From: an uncultured Thiotrichales bacterium | Lineage (GTDB): Bacteria; Pseudomonadota; Gammaproteobacteria; CAZUMV01 | Direction of reading: 5' to 3' | DNA length: 41,078 nt | Assembly (NCBI GenBank): GCA_964621435.1 | Contig: CAZUMV010000003.1 | Coordinates: 1-41,078, forward strand | Shown: positions 1-8,449 of the stretch, piece by piece | How the letters are laid out: each line of letters begins with the position of its first letter | Position numbering within the stretch: the stretch's first letter is position 1 | The notes under the pieces: model-generated | What the model was told of the DNA's origin: nothing | Seen by the model: only the letters and a program-made list of their open reading frames with translations | Databases searched by the model: none | Position numbers and translations under genes: made by a program

Positions 1-1
1 A

Positions 2-1060
2 CAATACATTTCACTGTTATACATTCCGAGCAAAGCGCCTTTCGATTTAAACGAGCCGGTACAACGACAAGGCATCAAGCTTTATATCCAACGCGTTTTT
101 GTTATGGAAGAGACTGAAAAATTGATGCCGCGTTATCTGCGCTTTGTGCGTGGTTTGGTCGACTCAAGTGACTTGCCACTTAACGTTTCGCGAGAAATAT
201 TGCAGGACAATAAACTCATTCAAGGTATTCGCTCGGCGTCGGTTAAGAAAATTCTTGGCTTGTTGGAAAAACTTGCCGATAAAGAGCCAGAAAAGTATGC
301 GTCTTTTTGGGAGACATTTGGTCCGACCATGAAAGAAGGGCCGGTCGAGGACTTTGCCAACCGCGAACAGATTTTAAAGTTGCTACGTTTTTCCAGCTCA
401 ACAACGGACGAGCAGAAACAAACGGTATCTTTGGAAGACTATGTTGCTAATATGCAGCCGGGGCAGGAAAAAATTTATTACATTACGGCTGATACTTTTT
501 CTGCAGCCAAGAATAGCCCGCATCTGGAAATCTTTCGCAAGAAAGGAATTGAAGTACTATTGATGTCAGATCGTGTTGATGAATGGGCGATGGGTCAGGT
601 GCAAGAGTTCGATGGCAAGCAGTTCCAGTCGGTTGCTAAAGGTGAACTCGAACTCGATAATATTGCCAGCAAAAAAGGCGATAAAAACGAAGCATCGGCG
701 GAGCTTGATGATGCAATACTTAGCTCGATAAAGTCCTCACTGGAGGAAAAAGTTGAAGATGTGAAAGTATCGGCACGGCTAACGACATCGCCGTCCTGTA
801 TCGTCTTAAACCAGCAGGATATGGCTTTATATATGCAGCAACTATTGCAACAAGCGGGCCAGGACATGCCAGTTAGCAAGCCGATACTCGAGGTCAATCC
901 GGATCATGAAATTCTCAAAAAAATGACTGCAGAAAAAGACCAGGAGCGTCTCAGTGATTGGTCTGAGCTTTTGTTTGATCAAGCTATTTTATGCGAGGGC
1001 GGCCGACTTGAAGACCCGGCGGGTGCCGTAGCACGTATGAACCGGCTGATGTTGTCATGA
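2..1060 (+). CDS. htpG: Molecular chaperone HtpG (Hsp90), C-terminal part; the 5' end lies outside the window
   Basis: The frame is open from nt 2. The translation 'GIKLYIQRVFVMEETEKLMPRYLRFVRGLVDSSDLPLNVSREILQDN' is the conserved Hsp90 middle-domain signature, and the ORF continues to the stop at 1060. Confidence 0.9.
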   Translation, partial: QYISLLYIPSKAPFDLNEPVQRQGIKLYIQRVFVMEETEKLMPRYLRFVRGLVDSSDLPLNVSREILQDNKLIQGIRSASVKKILGLLEKLADKEPEKYASFWETFGPTMKEGPVEDFANREQILKLLRFSSSTTDEQKQTVSLEDYVANMQPGQEKIYYITADTFSAAKNSPHLEIFRKKGIEVLLMSDRVDEWAMGQVQEFDGKQFQSVAKGELELDNIASKKGDKNEASAELDDAILSSIKSSLEEKVEDVKVSARLTTSPSCIVLNQQDMALYMQQLLQQAGQDMPVSKPILEVNPDHEILKKMTAEKDQERLSDWSELLFDQAILCEGGRLEDPAGAVARMNRLMLS

Positions 1061-1198
1061 GTTAGAGCGCGTTTAATATTAAAGCTTACTCGCTGAACGT
1101 TAAAAAATCGTTGCCGTCAAGCACCGACTATCAGCATTTATGCTATTCTTGTCGGGATAATCAACAATTATTTGATCCAGTGCCCATAATAGTACGCT

Positions 1199-2167
1199 AT
1201 GGACGGAACAAGTAATCTCTCGCTAAGAGATTTAATGGAAGAAACTAGTAGTCAGCAGATAATTGAGCGCGAGCTCACGGTGATGTTTGCCGATATCGTC
1301 GGCAGCACACGTTTGTATGATCGCCTCGGTGACATAGAGGCGCGCTTTGTTATTTCCCAATCTCTAGATGTTGCAACAGACATCGTTAACAAATCCAACG
1401 GCAAAGTCATTAAGTCGGCTGGTGACGATATTATGTGCGTGTTTGAGGATCCTAACGATGCTTTGCATGCGGCCTGTGATATTCAGGATAATTTCCTGGA
1501 CAAGATGGTCTTCAATGAGGTTGTAATTTCATTTCATATTGGTATTCATACCGGCAAAGGCATTATCACCGAAGATGATATTTTTGGTGACACCGTTAAT
1601 ATTGCAGCACGTTTGACCGATGCGGCAAAATCCGGTCAAGTACTGGCTAGCGAATATACGGTGCATCATTTAAGCTCTAGTCTTAAGAATATGGCGCGTC
1701 GTTATGACAGCGTAAAAGTTAAAGGTAAAAAAGAAAAAGTTGATATGTATGACTTTGTCTGGAATACCACCGGTGAAGAAACTGGTTTAATAGAGTTTCT
1801 GGGCTGGAACGACACAATGTCAACCCTGCAACTTTCCATGCAAAAAAATAGTTTAAGTATTCCTCCGGAAAGCAACTCGGTATTTTTAGGTCGTGATCAA
1901 AACGTTGGCTTGAAAGTAGTCGGAAATATGGTTTCCAGAAAACACGCAGTTGTTGATTATCGGCATGGCAAGTTCGTGTTGCGCGATCAAAGCACTAACG
2001 GCACTTATGTCAAAATTGGCGAAGGTGAGGAAGTGTTTATCAAGAACGAGGAGTTTCCGCTCTCTGGCTCTGGCATTATAAGTCTCGGAAAAATGATCGA
2101 CGACCACCCGAATCTGAACATACATTTCAAACATTTGCAGCCCAACGATCCTCCGACATTGTCGTAA
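1199..2167 (+). CDS. Class III adenylate/guanylate cyclase catalytic domain fused to a C-terminal FHA domain
   Basis: Cyclase motifs are 'LTVMFADIVGSTRL', 'KSAGDDIMCVF' and 'FGDTVNIAARL'. The C-terminus 'FLGRDQNVGLKV..VSRKHAVVDYRHGKFVLRDQSTNGTYV' matches the FHA pattern (G-R ... S-x-x-H ... N-G-T). Confidence 0.8.
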   Translation: MDGTSNLSLRDLMEETSSQQIIERELTVMFADIVGSTRLYDRLGDIEARFVISQSLDVATDIVNKSNGKVIKSAGDDIMCVFEDPNDALHAACDIQDNFLDKMVFNEVVISFHIGIHTGKGIITEDDIFGDTVNIAARLTDAAKSGQVLASEYTVHHLSSSLKNMARRYDSVKVKGKKEKVDMYDFVWNTTGEETGLIEFLGWNDTMSTLQLSMQKNSLSIPPESNSVFLGRDQNVGLKVVGNMVSRKHAVVDYRHGKFVLRDQSTNGTYVKIGEGEEVFIKNEEFPLSGSGIISLGKMIDDHPNLNIHFKHLQPNDPPTLS

Positions 2168-2229
2168 GCCTGATCCCCTGGCGTTCGGACAACTGTCCTA
2201 CCTCTGCCAACAACCGAGATTAGAAGTGT

Positions 2230-2290
2230 AAAAAAAGACCGCGTCAGACGCGGTCTTAAAACTCAGGAGGAGTGTACCCAAACAGGTACC
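2230..2290 (-). ncRNA. Candidate small RNA A (~60 nt): 5-bp hairpin, ACUCCUCCUGAG core, intrinsic terminator
   Basis: On the minus strand the order is GGTAC/GTACC hairpin (2274-2289), then the 12-mer ACTCCTCCTGAG (2262-2273). A 9-bp GC-rich stem (2235-2257) and a T7 run (2230-2236) follow. A TATAAA -10-like box sits at 2296-2301. No minus-strand CDS is present for this terminator to serve. Confidence 0.35.
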
Positions 2291-2381
2291 TCTCTTTTAT
2301 ACCGGCAATTCTATTTAAAATCGTTCTAAACCGACCGATTTTGTTTCAACTGTGAGCCAAGTCACATAAACTTCTTAGGGC

Positions 2382-2445
2382 AAAAAAAAGGCCGCTTAAA
2401 AAAGCGGCCGAATCTCAGGAGGAGTCACGTCCTATGAAAGGACAC
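2382..2445 (-). ncRNA. Candidate small RNA B (~64 nt), paralogous to candidate A
   Basis: On the minus strand the order is GTCCT/AGGAC hairpin (2429-2443), then the identical 12-mer ACTCCTCCTGAG (2414-2425). An 8-bp stem GGCCGCTT/AAGCGGCC (2390-2409) and a T8 run (2382-2389) follow. A TACTAT/TATATA -10-like box sits at 2447-2455. Confidence 0.35.
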
Positions 2446-2578
2446 ATATATAGTAGGCCAACGAGTGGTATAGGTCACCAAAGCCTATCCAGTACAATTG
2501 ACCGTTCATCGCCGATTCGCGGGCTTATGTCACAAAAAACTTTTATTTACAGCAAGATCTCCATCACTGATAGCTGCT

Positions 2579-3619
2579 ATGCGTAGCAAGCAAGCTGTAG
2601 TTCGGCTGGATATTGTTTTTCCAAACCTTTTTTCCAGCTATTTGCGTTGGCAAGAGGAAATTGGTGATCTTGGGCAGGCTCCGGCTCTGGCGAGCTACTT
2701 GAGCAATGCTCGAGTTAGCAAAAGGTCCAGTACGTCCCCTGAGGCATTGTTATTTTCTTTAGTATCTGGCGTTAAAGGCGAAGCTACTCCGATGGCAGCA
2801 ATCCGGGTCAGCGCGGACGATCTTTTGATCATAAATGACAGGACAGTGCTATGTGCTGACCCGGTCTCTATTAGCGCGGGTATGAACGATCTCTCCGTTG
2901 AACCGATTGCGTTAGCGGACGAAGAACAGGATTCTTTTGTTGAGCTAATTAATGAGCATTTGTATGAGCATGACTTGTCGTTTGAACTACGAGATGCCCA
3001 AACCGGTTTGTGCTCGGGCTTCAAAGATTTGGAAGTTAACACCAAGCCACTCTCGGCCGCGCAAGCACACGGGCTTCGATCAACACTTCCCGATGGCCCA
3101 TCTGCCGGGTTCTTACAATCGTTGTCGACCGAAATACAAATGCTGTTGTTTGATGCGCCATTTAATCGGCACCGCGAGGCTCAGGGTTTGCCGCCAATTA
3201 ATGGCTTGTGGTTTTGGGGCGAAGGCTCGTTACCGAAGCTCAGCCCACCATATCAAATGTTAAGTGGCGGTAGTTTTGTCGCTGATCTGGCGCGAGTTGC
3301 CGACATAGAGTACGAGCGCGTAACTCCCGATCAGGTTTTGAGCGATAAATTGATAAGAAATAAAGCGGCCGCGCTGTTCGAGTTAGCCGGCTTGGATCAG
3401 CTCGACTACCTGGATTGGGCTGCGGCCATGACCGGGTATGAGCAAAATTTATTCGTGCCGCTATTAAAATTACTAAAGAAGAATCCTGAGTGGGAGGTGC
3501 GAGTGTTTGATGATCAGCAGCGTTGTTTTACGTGGCAGCGTAAAAAGTGGTTTAGCTTTTTTAATAAAACCAAGCCCCTCGAGCACTGGCTAAACTATGG
3601 GCAGGGTGCCGATGAGTGA
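2579..3619 (+). CDS. Conserved hypothetical protein (acidic, ~346 aa) immediately upstream of recJ
   Basis: This is a long ORF with no competing frame. I prefer the start at ATG 2579 (MRSKQAVVRLDIVFPNLF) because the track start at 2498 would run into the sRNA/terminator region. I recognised no domain. Confidence 0.55.
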   Translation: MRSKQAVVRLDIVFPNLFSSYLRWQEEIGDLGQAPALASYLSNARVSKRSSTSPEALLFSLVSGVKGEATPMAAIRVSADDLLIINDRTVLCADPVSISAGMNDLSVEPIALADEEQDSFVELINEHLYEHDLSFELRDAQTGLCSGFKDLEVNTKPLSAAQAHGLRSTLPDGPSAGFLQSLSTEIQMLLFDAPFNRHREAQGLPPINGLWFWGEGSLPKLSPPYQMLSGGSFVADLARVADIEYERVTPDQVLSDKLIRNKAAALFELAGLDQLDYLDWAAAMTGYEQNLFVPLLKLLKKNPEWEVRVFDDQQRCFTWQRKKWFSFFNKTKPLEHWLNYGQGADE

Positions 3620-5342
3620 AATCAAGTTAGAGCGCCGTAAACTGGCAAGCCCAAAACCGGATTTAAGGGCGTTACCGGATTTGGTGGCACAGATATATGC
3701 CGCACGCGGCGTCGAAAAAATCGAAGACGTTGGTTATACCCTGAAACATCTCGCATCCGCTTCAACCTTGTCTAACATCAATCGGGTTGCTCACCGGCTT
3801 GCGGATGCCGTAATTAAGCAGCAAAAAATTCTCATGGTCGGAGATTACGATGCCGACGGCGCAACCAGCACTGCGGTTGCGATTCGCGGATTCAAATTGT
3901 TGGGCACCGAGCAAGTTTCGTACTTGGTGCCGAATCGGTTTGAATATGGCTATGGACTAACCCCCGAATTAATTGCTGCAGCGGTCAAGGAAGGATTGAG
4001 TGCGGACTTAATTATTACCGTCGATAACGGTATTAGCAATCATGCTGGAGTTGAGGCTGCGAATGCGACCGGCGCAGATGTGATCATTACGGATCATCAT
4101 TTACCGGGCAAGAGCCTGCCCGCGGCTTACGCGATTGTAAACCCGAACCTTGCGGATGATGCTTTTCCAAGTAAAGCGCTCGCCGGGGTCGGGGTTATGT
4201 TTTACGTGTTGGTGGCGTTACGCCAGGAGCTACAGGAGCGCGAGTGGTTTGCGGCGCGCGATACCGCGTTGCCAAAACTCGCTGACTTACTAGACCTGGT
4301 TGCACTCGGTACGGTGGCAGACGTGGTCCCGCTAGACCAAAACAATCGAATTCTGGTTGAACAGGGCTTGCGCCGAATTCGGTCCGGCAAGGCGGCGCCC
4401 GGCATATTGGAGATATTAAAAGTTGCGGGTAAGCACAACGAACGCGTGACCGCGACCGACTTGGGTTTTGCTGCGGGACCACGATTAAATGCTGCCGGGA
4501 GGCTTGAAGATATGGCGCTAGGAATCGAGTGTCTGCTTACAGATGATCAAGCTCGCGCACAAGCATTGGCAGCGCAACTCGATGCCTTGAATATGGAGCG
4601 CCGAGATATTGAGTCGGGTATGCAGCAACAAGCGGAGAAAATTTTACAAGATAATCAGGATTTGACCGCAGAGAATAAACTCTCGTTGTGTCTCTACGAT
4701 AGTGAATGGCATCAAGGTGTCATTGGTATTGTTGCGGCGCGCTTAAAAGAAAAAGTACATCGGCCGGTTATCGTTTTCGCCGATGAAAATGATGACCATA
4801 TCAAGGGCTCGGCAAGGTCTATTCCGGGCTTGCATATTCGTGATGTGCTGCAGCGCGTTGATGCTCGCCATCCGGATTTGATCGTTAAATATGGTGGGCA
4901 TGCGATGGCCGCAGGATTGACTTTGCTGCCGGAGGATCTGGATATATTTGAGCGGGCCTTTGAAAAGGCTATTAAAGATACGGTTAATCCGCAGGTCTTC
5001 CAGCAGACTATATTAAGTGATGGCATTCTTGGAGATGCCGATTTGAGTCTCGAAACCGGAGCAGCGATAAGGCAAGCGGGTCCGTGGGGGCAACAGTTTC
5101 CGGAACCTGTTTTCGATGGCGAGTTTTCGGTGATATCGTCTCGTTTATTAAAAGAAAAGTATTTCAAATTAGTGTTGTCGCCACCCGACAGGCCGGAAAT
5201 GTTTTTGGATGCCATCGCCTTTCGTTGTGATCCCGCTAAACTACCATCTCCAAATGACACGGTGAAAATTGCTTATAAGCTCGATGTGAATTATTTTAGA
5301 GGGCAAGAGAGTCTGCAGATGATGATCGAACATATATTCTGA
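3612..5342 (+). CDS. recJ: Single-stranded-DNA-specific exonuclease RecJ
   Basis: DHH-family motifs are 'MVGDYDADGATSTAV', 'ITVDNGIS' and 'VIITDHHLP'. The DHHA1 motif 'GGHAMAAGL' is also present, and the ~576-aa length is typical. ATG 3612 has a purine-rich stretch upstream; ATG 3597 is an alternative start. Confidence 0.92.
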   Translation: MSEIKLERRKLASPKPDLRALPDLVAQIYAARGVEKIEDVGYTLKHLASASTLSNINRVAHRLADAVIKQQKILMVGDYDADGATSTAVAIRGFKLLGTEQVSYLVPNRFEYGYGLTPELIAAAVKEGLSADLIITVDNGISNHAGVEAANATGADVIITDHHLPGKSLPAAYAIVNPNLADDAFPSKALAGVGVMFYVLVALRQELQEREWFAARDTALPKLADLLDLVALGTVADVVPLDQNNRILVEQGLRRIRSGKAAPGILEILKVAGKHNERVTATDLGFAAGPRLNAAGRLEDMALGIECLLTDDQARAQALAAQLDALNMERRDIESGMQQQAEKILQDNQDLTAENKLSLCLYDSEWHQGVIGIVAARLKEKVHRPVIVFADENDDHIKGSARSIPGLHIRDVLQRVDARHPDLIVKYGGHAMAAGLTLLPEDLDIFERAFEKAIKDTVNPQVFQQTILSDGILGDADLSLETGAAIRQAGPWGQQFPEPVFDGEFSVISSRLLKEKYFKLVLSPPDRPEMFLDAIAFRCDPAKLPSPNDTVKIAYKLDVNYFRGQESLQMMIEHIF

Positions 5343-5408
5343 ACTCAAAGTGTGTAAAATCTAAAGACCACATTAAGTAAATTTGGCGAGCGACTTGGGA
5401 GGGAGTTT

Positions 5409-8300
5409 GTGATTTCGAATGTGAATGGATGGTTGAGGGAGCAATTCACGGTTAGGCCGGTTAGCTTGACTGTAGTTCTTGTTTGTATCTTTAGTTTACT
5501 TGGCGCGCCCGCTTTCGCGGAAGATCAGTATACGGTCTTTGAATATCGGCTTAGTGCTCTTGATTTTCCGCAAGTCTCTAACCCTTATGATCCCGATCAA
5601 TTACGGGTTGATCTACGAGTTACGTCGCCAAGCGGGACGCAGCTTGTACCCGCTTTTTTTGAAGGTGCCGGAGCCGAACCGTTTCCCCAAGCTGGTTTTT
5701 GGGTTGGCCGATATTATTTGCTCGATAGCGGAACCCATACGGCACAGTTTATGGTCAATGGCGTTCCATCTGGTCCGGTCAAAACGTTTCAGTCTCTGGC
5801 TCAGCCTGCTAGCACGGATCGTCGCTTGCAGTTGTCACGCGTGCATAGCAATTTCCTTGCGCGTGGCGATCAGCCCTTTTTGCTGAAGGGGCACAATCAT
5901 CCATTTTTCGGTGGCGCAGAGCCATTACAGTCATCACTGGAGTATTTGCCTGAATTGGCGAGCAACAGTGCGAACACGCTGCGGGTTTGGCTTGATATGG
6001 AATTTTCACTGGCACTGGAAGCCAAGTTCCCATGGCCAACCAATCAGTTTGAAGGGGTTAACCGGTATAACCAACAGCGCGCTAAAAGACTCGATCAAAT
6101 ATTGGCAGCGTTTGAAGAAAACGACGTTTATCTCATGCTCGCTGTTTTTACTCATTGTGCGTGGACAAATAATCCGATTGATTGCACGCAATGGACCAAA
6201 AGTGCTTATAACGCGAATAATTACACCGACGCTCAAATTCAGGCAACCCCCGGTTTGTTATTCAATTCAATGGATGTCTGGACTAATCCTGACACCCGTA
6301 GATTGATGCAAAAGAAAGTGCGTTACGTCATGGCGCGTTGGGGTGCGTATCCACACTTTGGTATTTTTGAGCTCTGGAATGAAGCAGATAATTACGGATT
6401 GTTTCCACGCGAACGGCATAATAACAACCAGAACGAAGCGGACGCTGTGCGTTGTAATCAGTGGTTAGAAACGCGTCGATTTAAAACTGATATGGCATCC
6501 TGGCACAACGATATGTATCAATATGCCAAGAGTCTGCGGCCGAACAAACTGGTCACCACCAGCCTCGCGCTTTTGGATCATGCCAGAGACGCGGCCGAGC
6601 ACAACTTGTGGAAGCCACCATCGGCCTTGGAAGAAACATTACCATCGTACTGCCCACCAGGTACCCAACTTACTTCGCCCAGAGAAGCAATCCGTGTTGA
6701 TCTACATGGTGCCCACCAATACGCCGGTAGGTTGTACAACGATGATGGTGTTAGTGAGCGACCGGAAATGCTAAGCGAGTGGCAGGTTCAGATGGTTGAT
6801 GCGGTGCCGCAGCGGACTAATGTCGTACCAGACCAGCCGCTATTTTTTGCTGAAGCCGGAATGGGCGGTCGTATCCAGCTGGAAGAAGATTCGAATTATG
6901 ACTTCTTTCGTTCCGTCACGTGGCTTCCGGTTTTTCATTATCATACTGGCGCCACCTCTTTCACCTGGGACGTTGCCTATGAACGCGCCGGAGGAGCCCG
7001 GCAGTTTCACTTTGAGTGGCCGGAACAATACGCCGCAATTCTGCGTACTTTTAGTGATTTGACTGATGGTTTTCCGCAACAGAATAACTTACAGGCTATA
7101 CAAACCCGTAATTTGAATAATTCGGTGCGCGTCGGTGGGTACACGTCGGATTCAGAGGCGTTGCTGTATTTTCTAAATCAACGATTTTATCCGACCATCT
7201 CGTCAACCATGCTGGGTATTACCGATCCGGTGAATATGAATCTCTTGTTAAGGCGCGCCAGCGCTTATTCTGTTACCTGCCATGCTCCGGGTACTGGTGC
7301 AGTGGTTTATCAAAATAGTCAGTTAGCGTTTAGTTTAATGGGCGGGTCCGCTGCTAGCGTAACGATTCCGGTGCCAGCTTTTACCAGCGATCTATTTTGC
7401 CGGGTAGGAATTGATCATTCTGCACCACCAGCGATTGAGATATGCAATCAATCCGGTGATGAAGATGGCAACGGCTTAGCTGACTGTGCTGATCCGGCAT
7501 GCGCTGCCAGTTGTAGTGATACCTGCCCGGCTGTATGTGGTGATGTCGACGGTAATGGTATTGTTAACGGCACCGATCCGGCGGCACTGGAAACTTATAT
7601 CCAATCTTCAATTCCTGCCTGCGTGGCACCTTTTGCCGACGTGCAATATCCGCAAGGCGTTATTAGTCAGGCAGATGCGGACAAAATCGCTAACGCGGTT
7701 TTGGGTGGTTGGGCCCAGTGGCTCAGTTGTAGTGATGTTCCGGCACCGAACCCTGAGCCAGAACCAGAACCAGATCCAGAACCTGAACCAGAACCGATAC
7801 CAGATCCAGAACCTTCGGATTGCCCTGTTATGTGTGGCGACGCGGATGCCAATGGTAACGTCGATAGCGCTGATGTGAGTTATCTCGAAACCGCGCTAAC
7901 AAATGCCGGTGTACCTGCATGTGTCTTGCCGTTGGTTGATGTGCAGTGGCCGGAAGGTAGTGTCGATAGTGCGGATGTTGCCAAGATTTCCCAAGCAGTT
8001 ACCGAAGGCTGGGCGCAATGGCTTGATTGCCCAAATAGCTCTACGCCGCAACCTGAACCTGATCCAGACCCTGAACCAGTAACGTGTTCAACGATATGCG
8101 GTGATATTAATGCCGATAACGTGGTTACAGCGGCTGACGTCACCTTGTTGCGAGAGCAGCTAAACAACACAGCAGTTTCAGCATGTAGCCTCAGTATTGG
8201 TGATGTCGAATGGCCTTTTGCGGTAGTTGATAGTCGCGATGCCAATAAAATTGAAGATGCTGTCAATGACGGTTGGGCACAATGGTTAAGTTGTCAGTAG
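5409..8300 (+). CDS. Secreted GH5-like (cellulase-superfamily) glycoside hydrolase with three C-terminal dockerin-like modules joined by PEPEPD linkers
   Basis: The GTG start is preceded by GGGAGGGAG, and the signal peptide ends 'GAPAFA-EDQ'. The catalytic region carries 'FELWNEADNY' (acid/base NE) and 'LFFAEAGMGG' (candidate nucleophile Glu). The C-terminus has three copies of 'CGD(V/A/I)(D/N)..N..V...D' loops. Confidence 0.72.
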   Translation: MISNVNGWLREQFTVRPVSLTVVLVCIFSLLGAPAFAEDQYTVFEYRLSALDFPQVSNPYDPDQLRVDLRVTSPSGTQLVPAFFEGAGAEPFPQAGFWVGRYYLLDSGTHTAQFMVNGVPSGPVKTFQSLAQPASTDRRLQLSRVHSNFLARGDQPFLLKGHNHPFFGGAEPLQSSLEYLPELASNSANTLRVWLDMEFSLALEAKFPWPTNQFEGVNRYNQQRAKRLDQILAAFEENDVYLMLAVFTHCAWTNNPIDCTQWTKSAYNANNYTDAQIQATPGLLFNSMDVWTNPDTRRLMQKKVRYVMARWGAYPHFGIFELWNEADNYGLFPRERHNNNQNEADAVRCNQWLETRRFKTDMASWHNDMYQYAKSLRPNKLVTTSLALLDHARDAAEHNLWKPPSALEETLPSYCPPGTQLTSPREAIRVDLHGAHQYAGRLYNDDGVSERPEMLSEWQVQMVDAVPQRTNVVPDQPLFFAEAGMGGRIQLEEDSNYDFFRSVTWLPVFHYHTGATSFTWDVAYERAGGARQFHFEWPEQYAAILRTFSDLTDGFPQQNNLQAIQTRNLNNSVRVGGYTSDSEALLYFLNQRFYPTISSTMLGITDPVNMNLLLRRASAYSVTCHAPGTGAVVYQNSQLAFSLMGGSAASVTIPVPAFTSDLFCRVGIDHSAPPAIEICNQSGDEDGNGLADCADPACAASCSDTCPAVCGDVDGNGIVNGTDPAALETYIQSSIPACVAPFADVQYPQGVISQADADKIANAVLGGWAQWLSCSDVPAPNPEPEPEPDPEPEPEPIPDPEPSDCPVMCGDADANGNVDSADVSYLETALTNAGVPACVLPLVDVQWPEGSVDSADVAKISQAVTEGWAQWLDCPNSSTPQPEPDPDPEPVTCSTICGDINADNVVTAADVTLLREQLNNTAVSACSLSIGDVEWPFAVVDSRDANKIEDAVNDGWAQWLSCQ
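7524..8294 (+). repeat. Three tandem ~70-aa Cys-bracketed dockerin-like modules (7524-7730, 7821-8030, 8085-8294) separated by Pro/Glu/Asp linkers
   Basis: All three modules align as C-x2-(I/M/V)-C-G-D-x-D/N-x-N/D-x-x-V-x-x-x-D ... A-C ... D-V-(Q/E)-(Y/W)-P ... D-x-x-K-I ... G-W-A-Q-W-L-(S/D)-C. The linkers are encoded by cc(t/a)ga(a/t)cc-type repeats at 7731-7820 and 8031-8084. Confidence 0.75.
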
Positions 8301-8449
8301 CTAGGGCAACTTGAGAAGCAGTCAATTTGGGTAGTTGTAAGCGATGGCTAATTGTCCCGGTTCTCGATCCAGCCAGAATTTTTCAGCTAATCTTCATCAT
8401 ATTGGGCACAAAAGACGGTAGAATACGCGCTGCTGAAAAGGGCTTGATC

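Noticed and set aside
2434-2586. A plus-strand ~50-codon ORF preceded by a perfect AGGAGG (2418-2423), possibly a type I toxin opposite sRNA candidate B
   Set aside because: The predicted peptide (MKGHIYSRPTSGIGHQSLSS...) is neither hydrophobic nor otherwise toxin-like. The sister copy of the AGGAGG element at 2266-2271 has no ATG after it. The AGGAGG is better explained as the complement of the conserved minus-strand CCUCCU core.
7731-8084. Short imperfect tandem nucleotide repeats (ccagaaccagaaccagatccagaacct...) that could be mistaken for a VNTR or CRISPR-like array
   Set aside because: They are in frame within the GH5 ORF and encode PEPEPDPEPEP inter-module linkers. The units are 6 nt, and nothing resembles a spacer/repeat structure.
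8327-8449. N-terminal extension of the first prfB ORF (track start at 8327, 'MGSCKRWLIVPV...')
   Set aside because: RF2 begins at ATG 8450 ([13 protein letters not shown]...), which matches RF2 N-termini. The upstream 41 codons look like translated promoter or leader sequence with no RF2 similarity.
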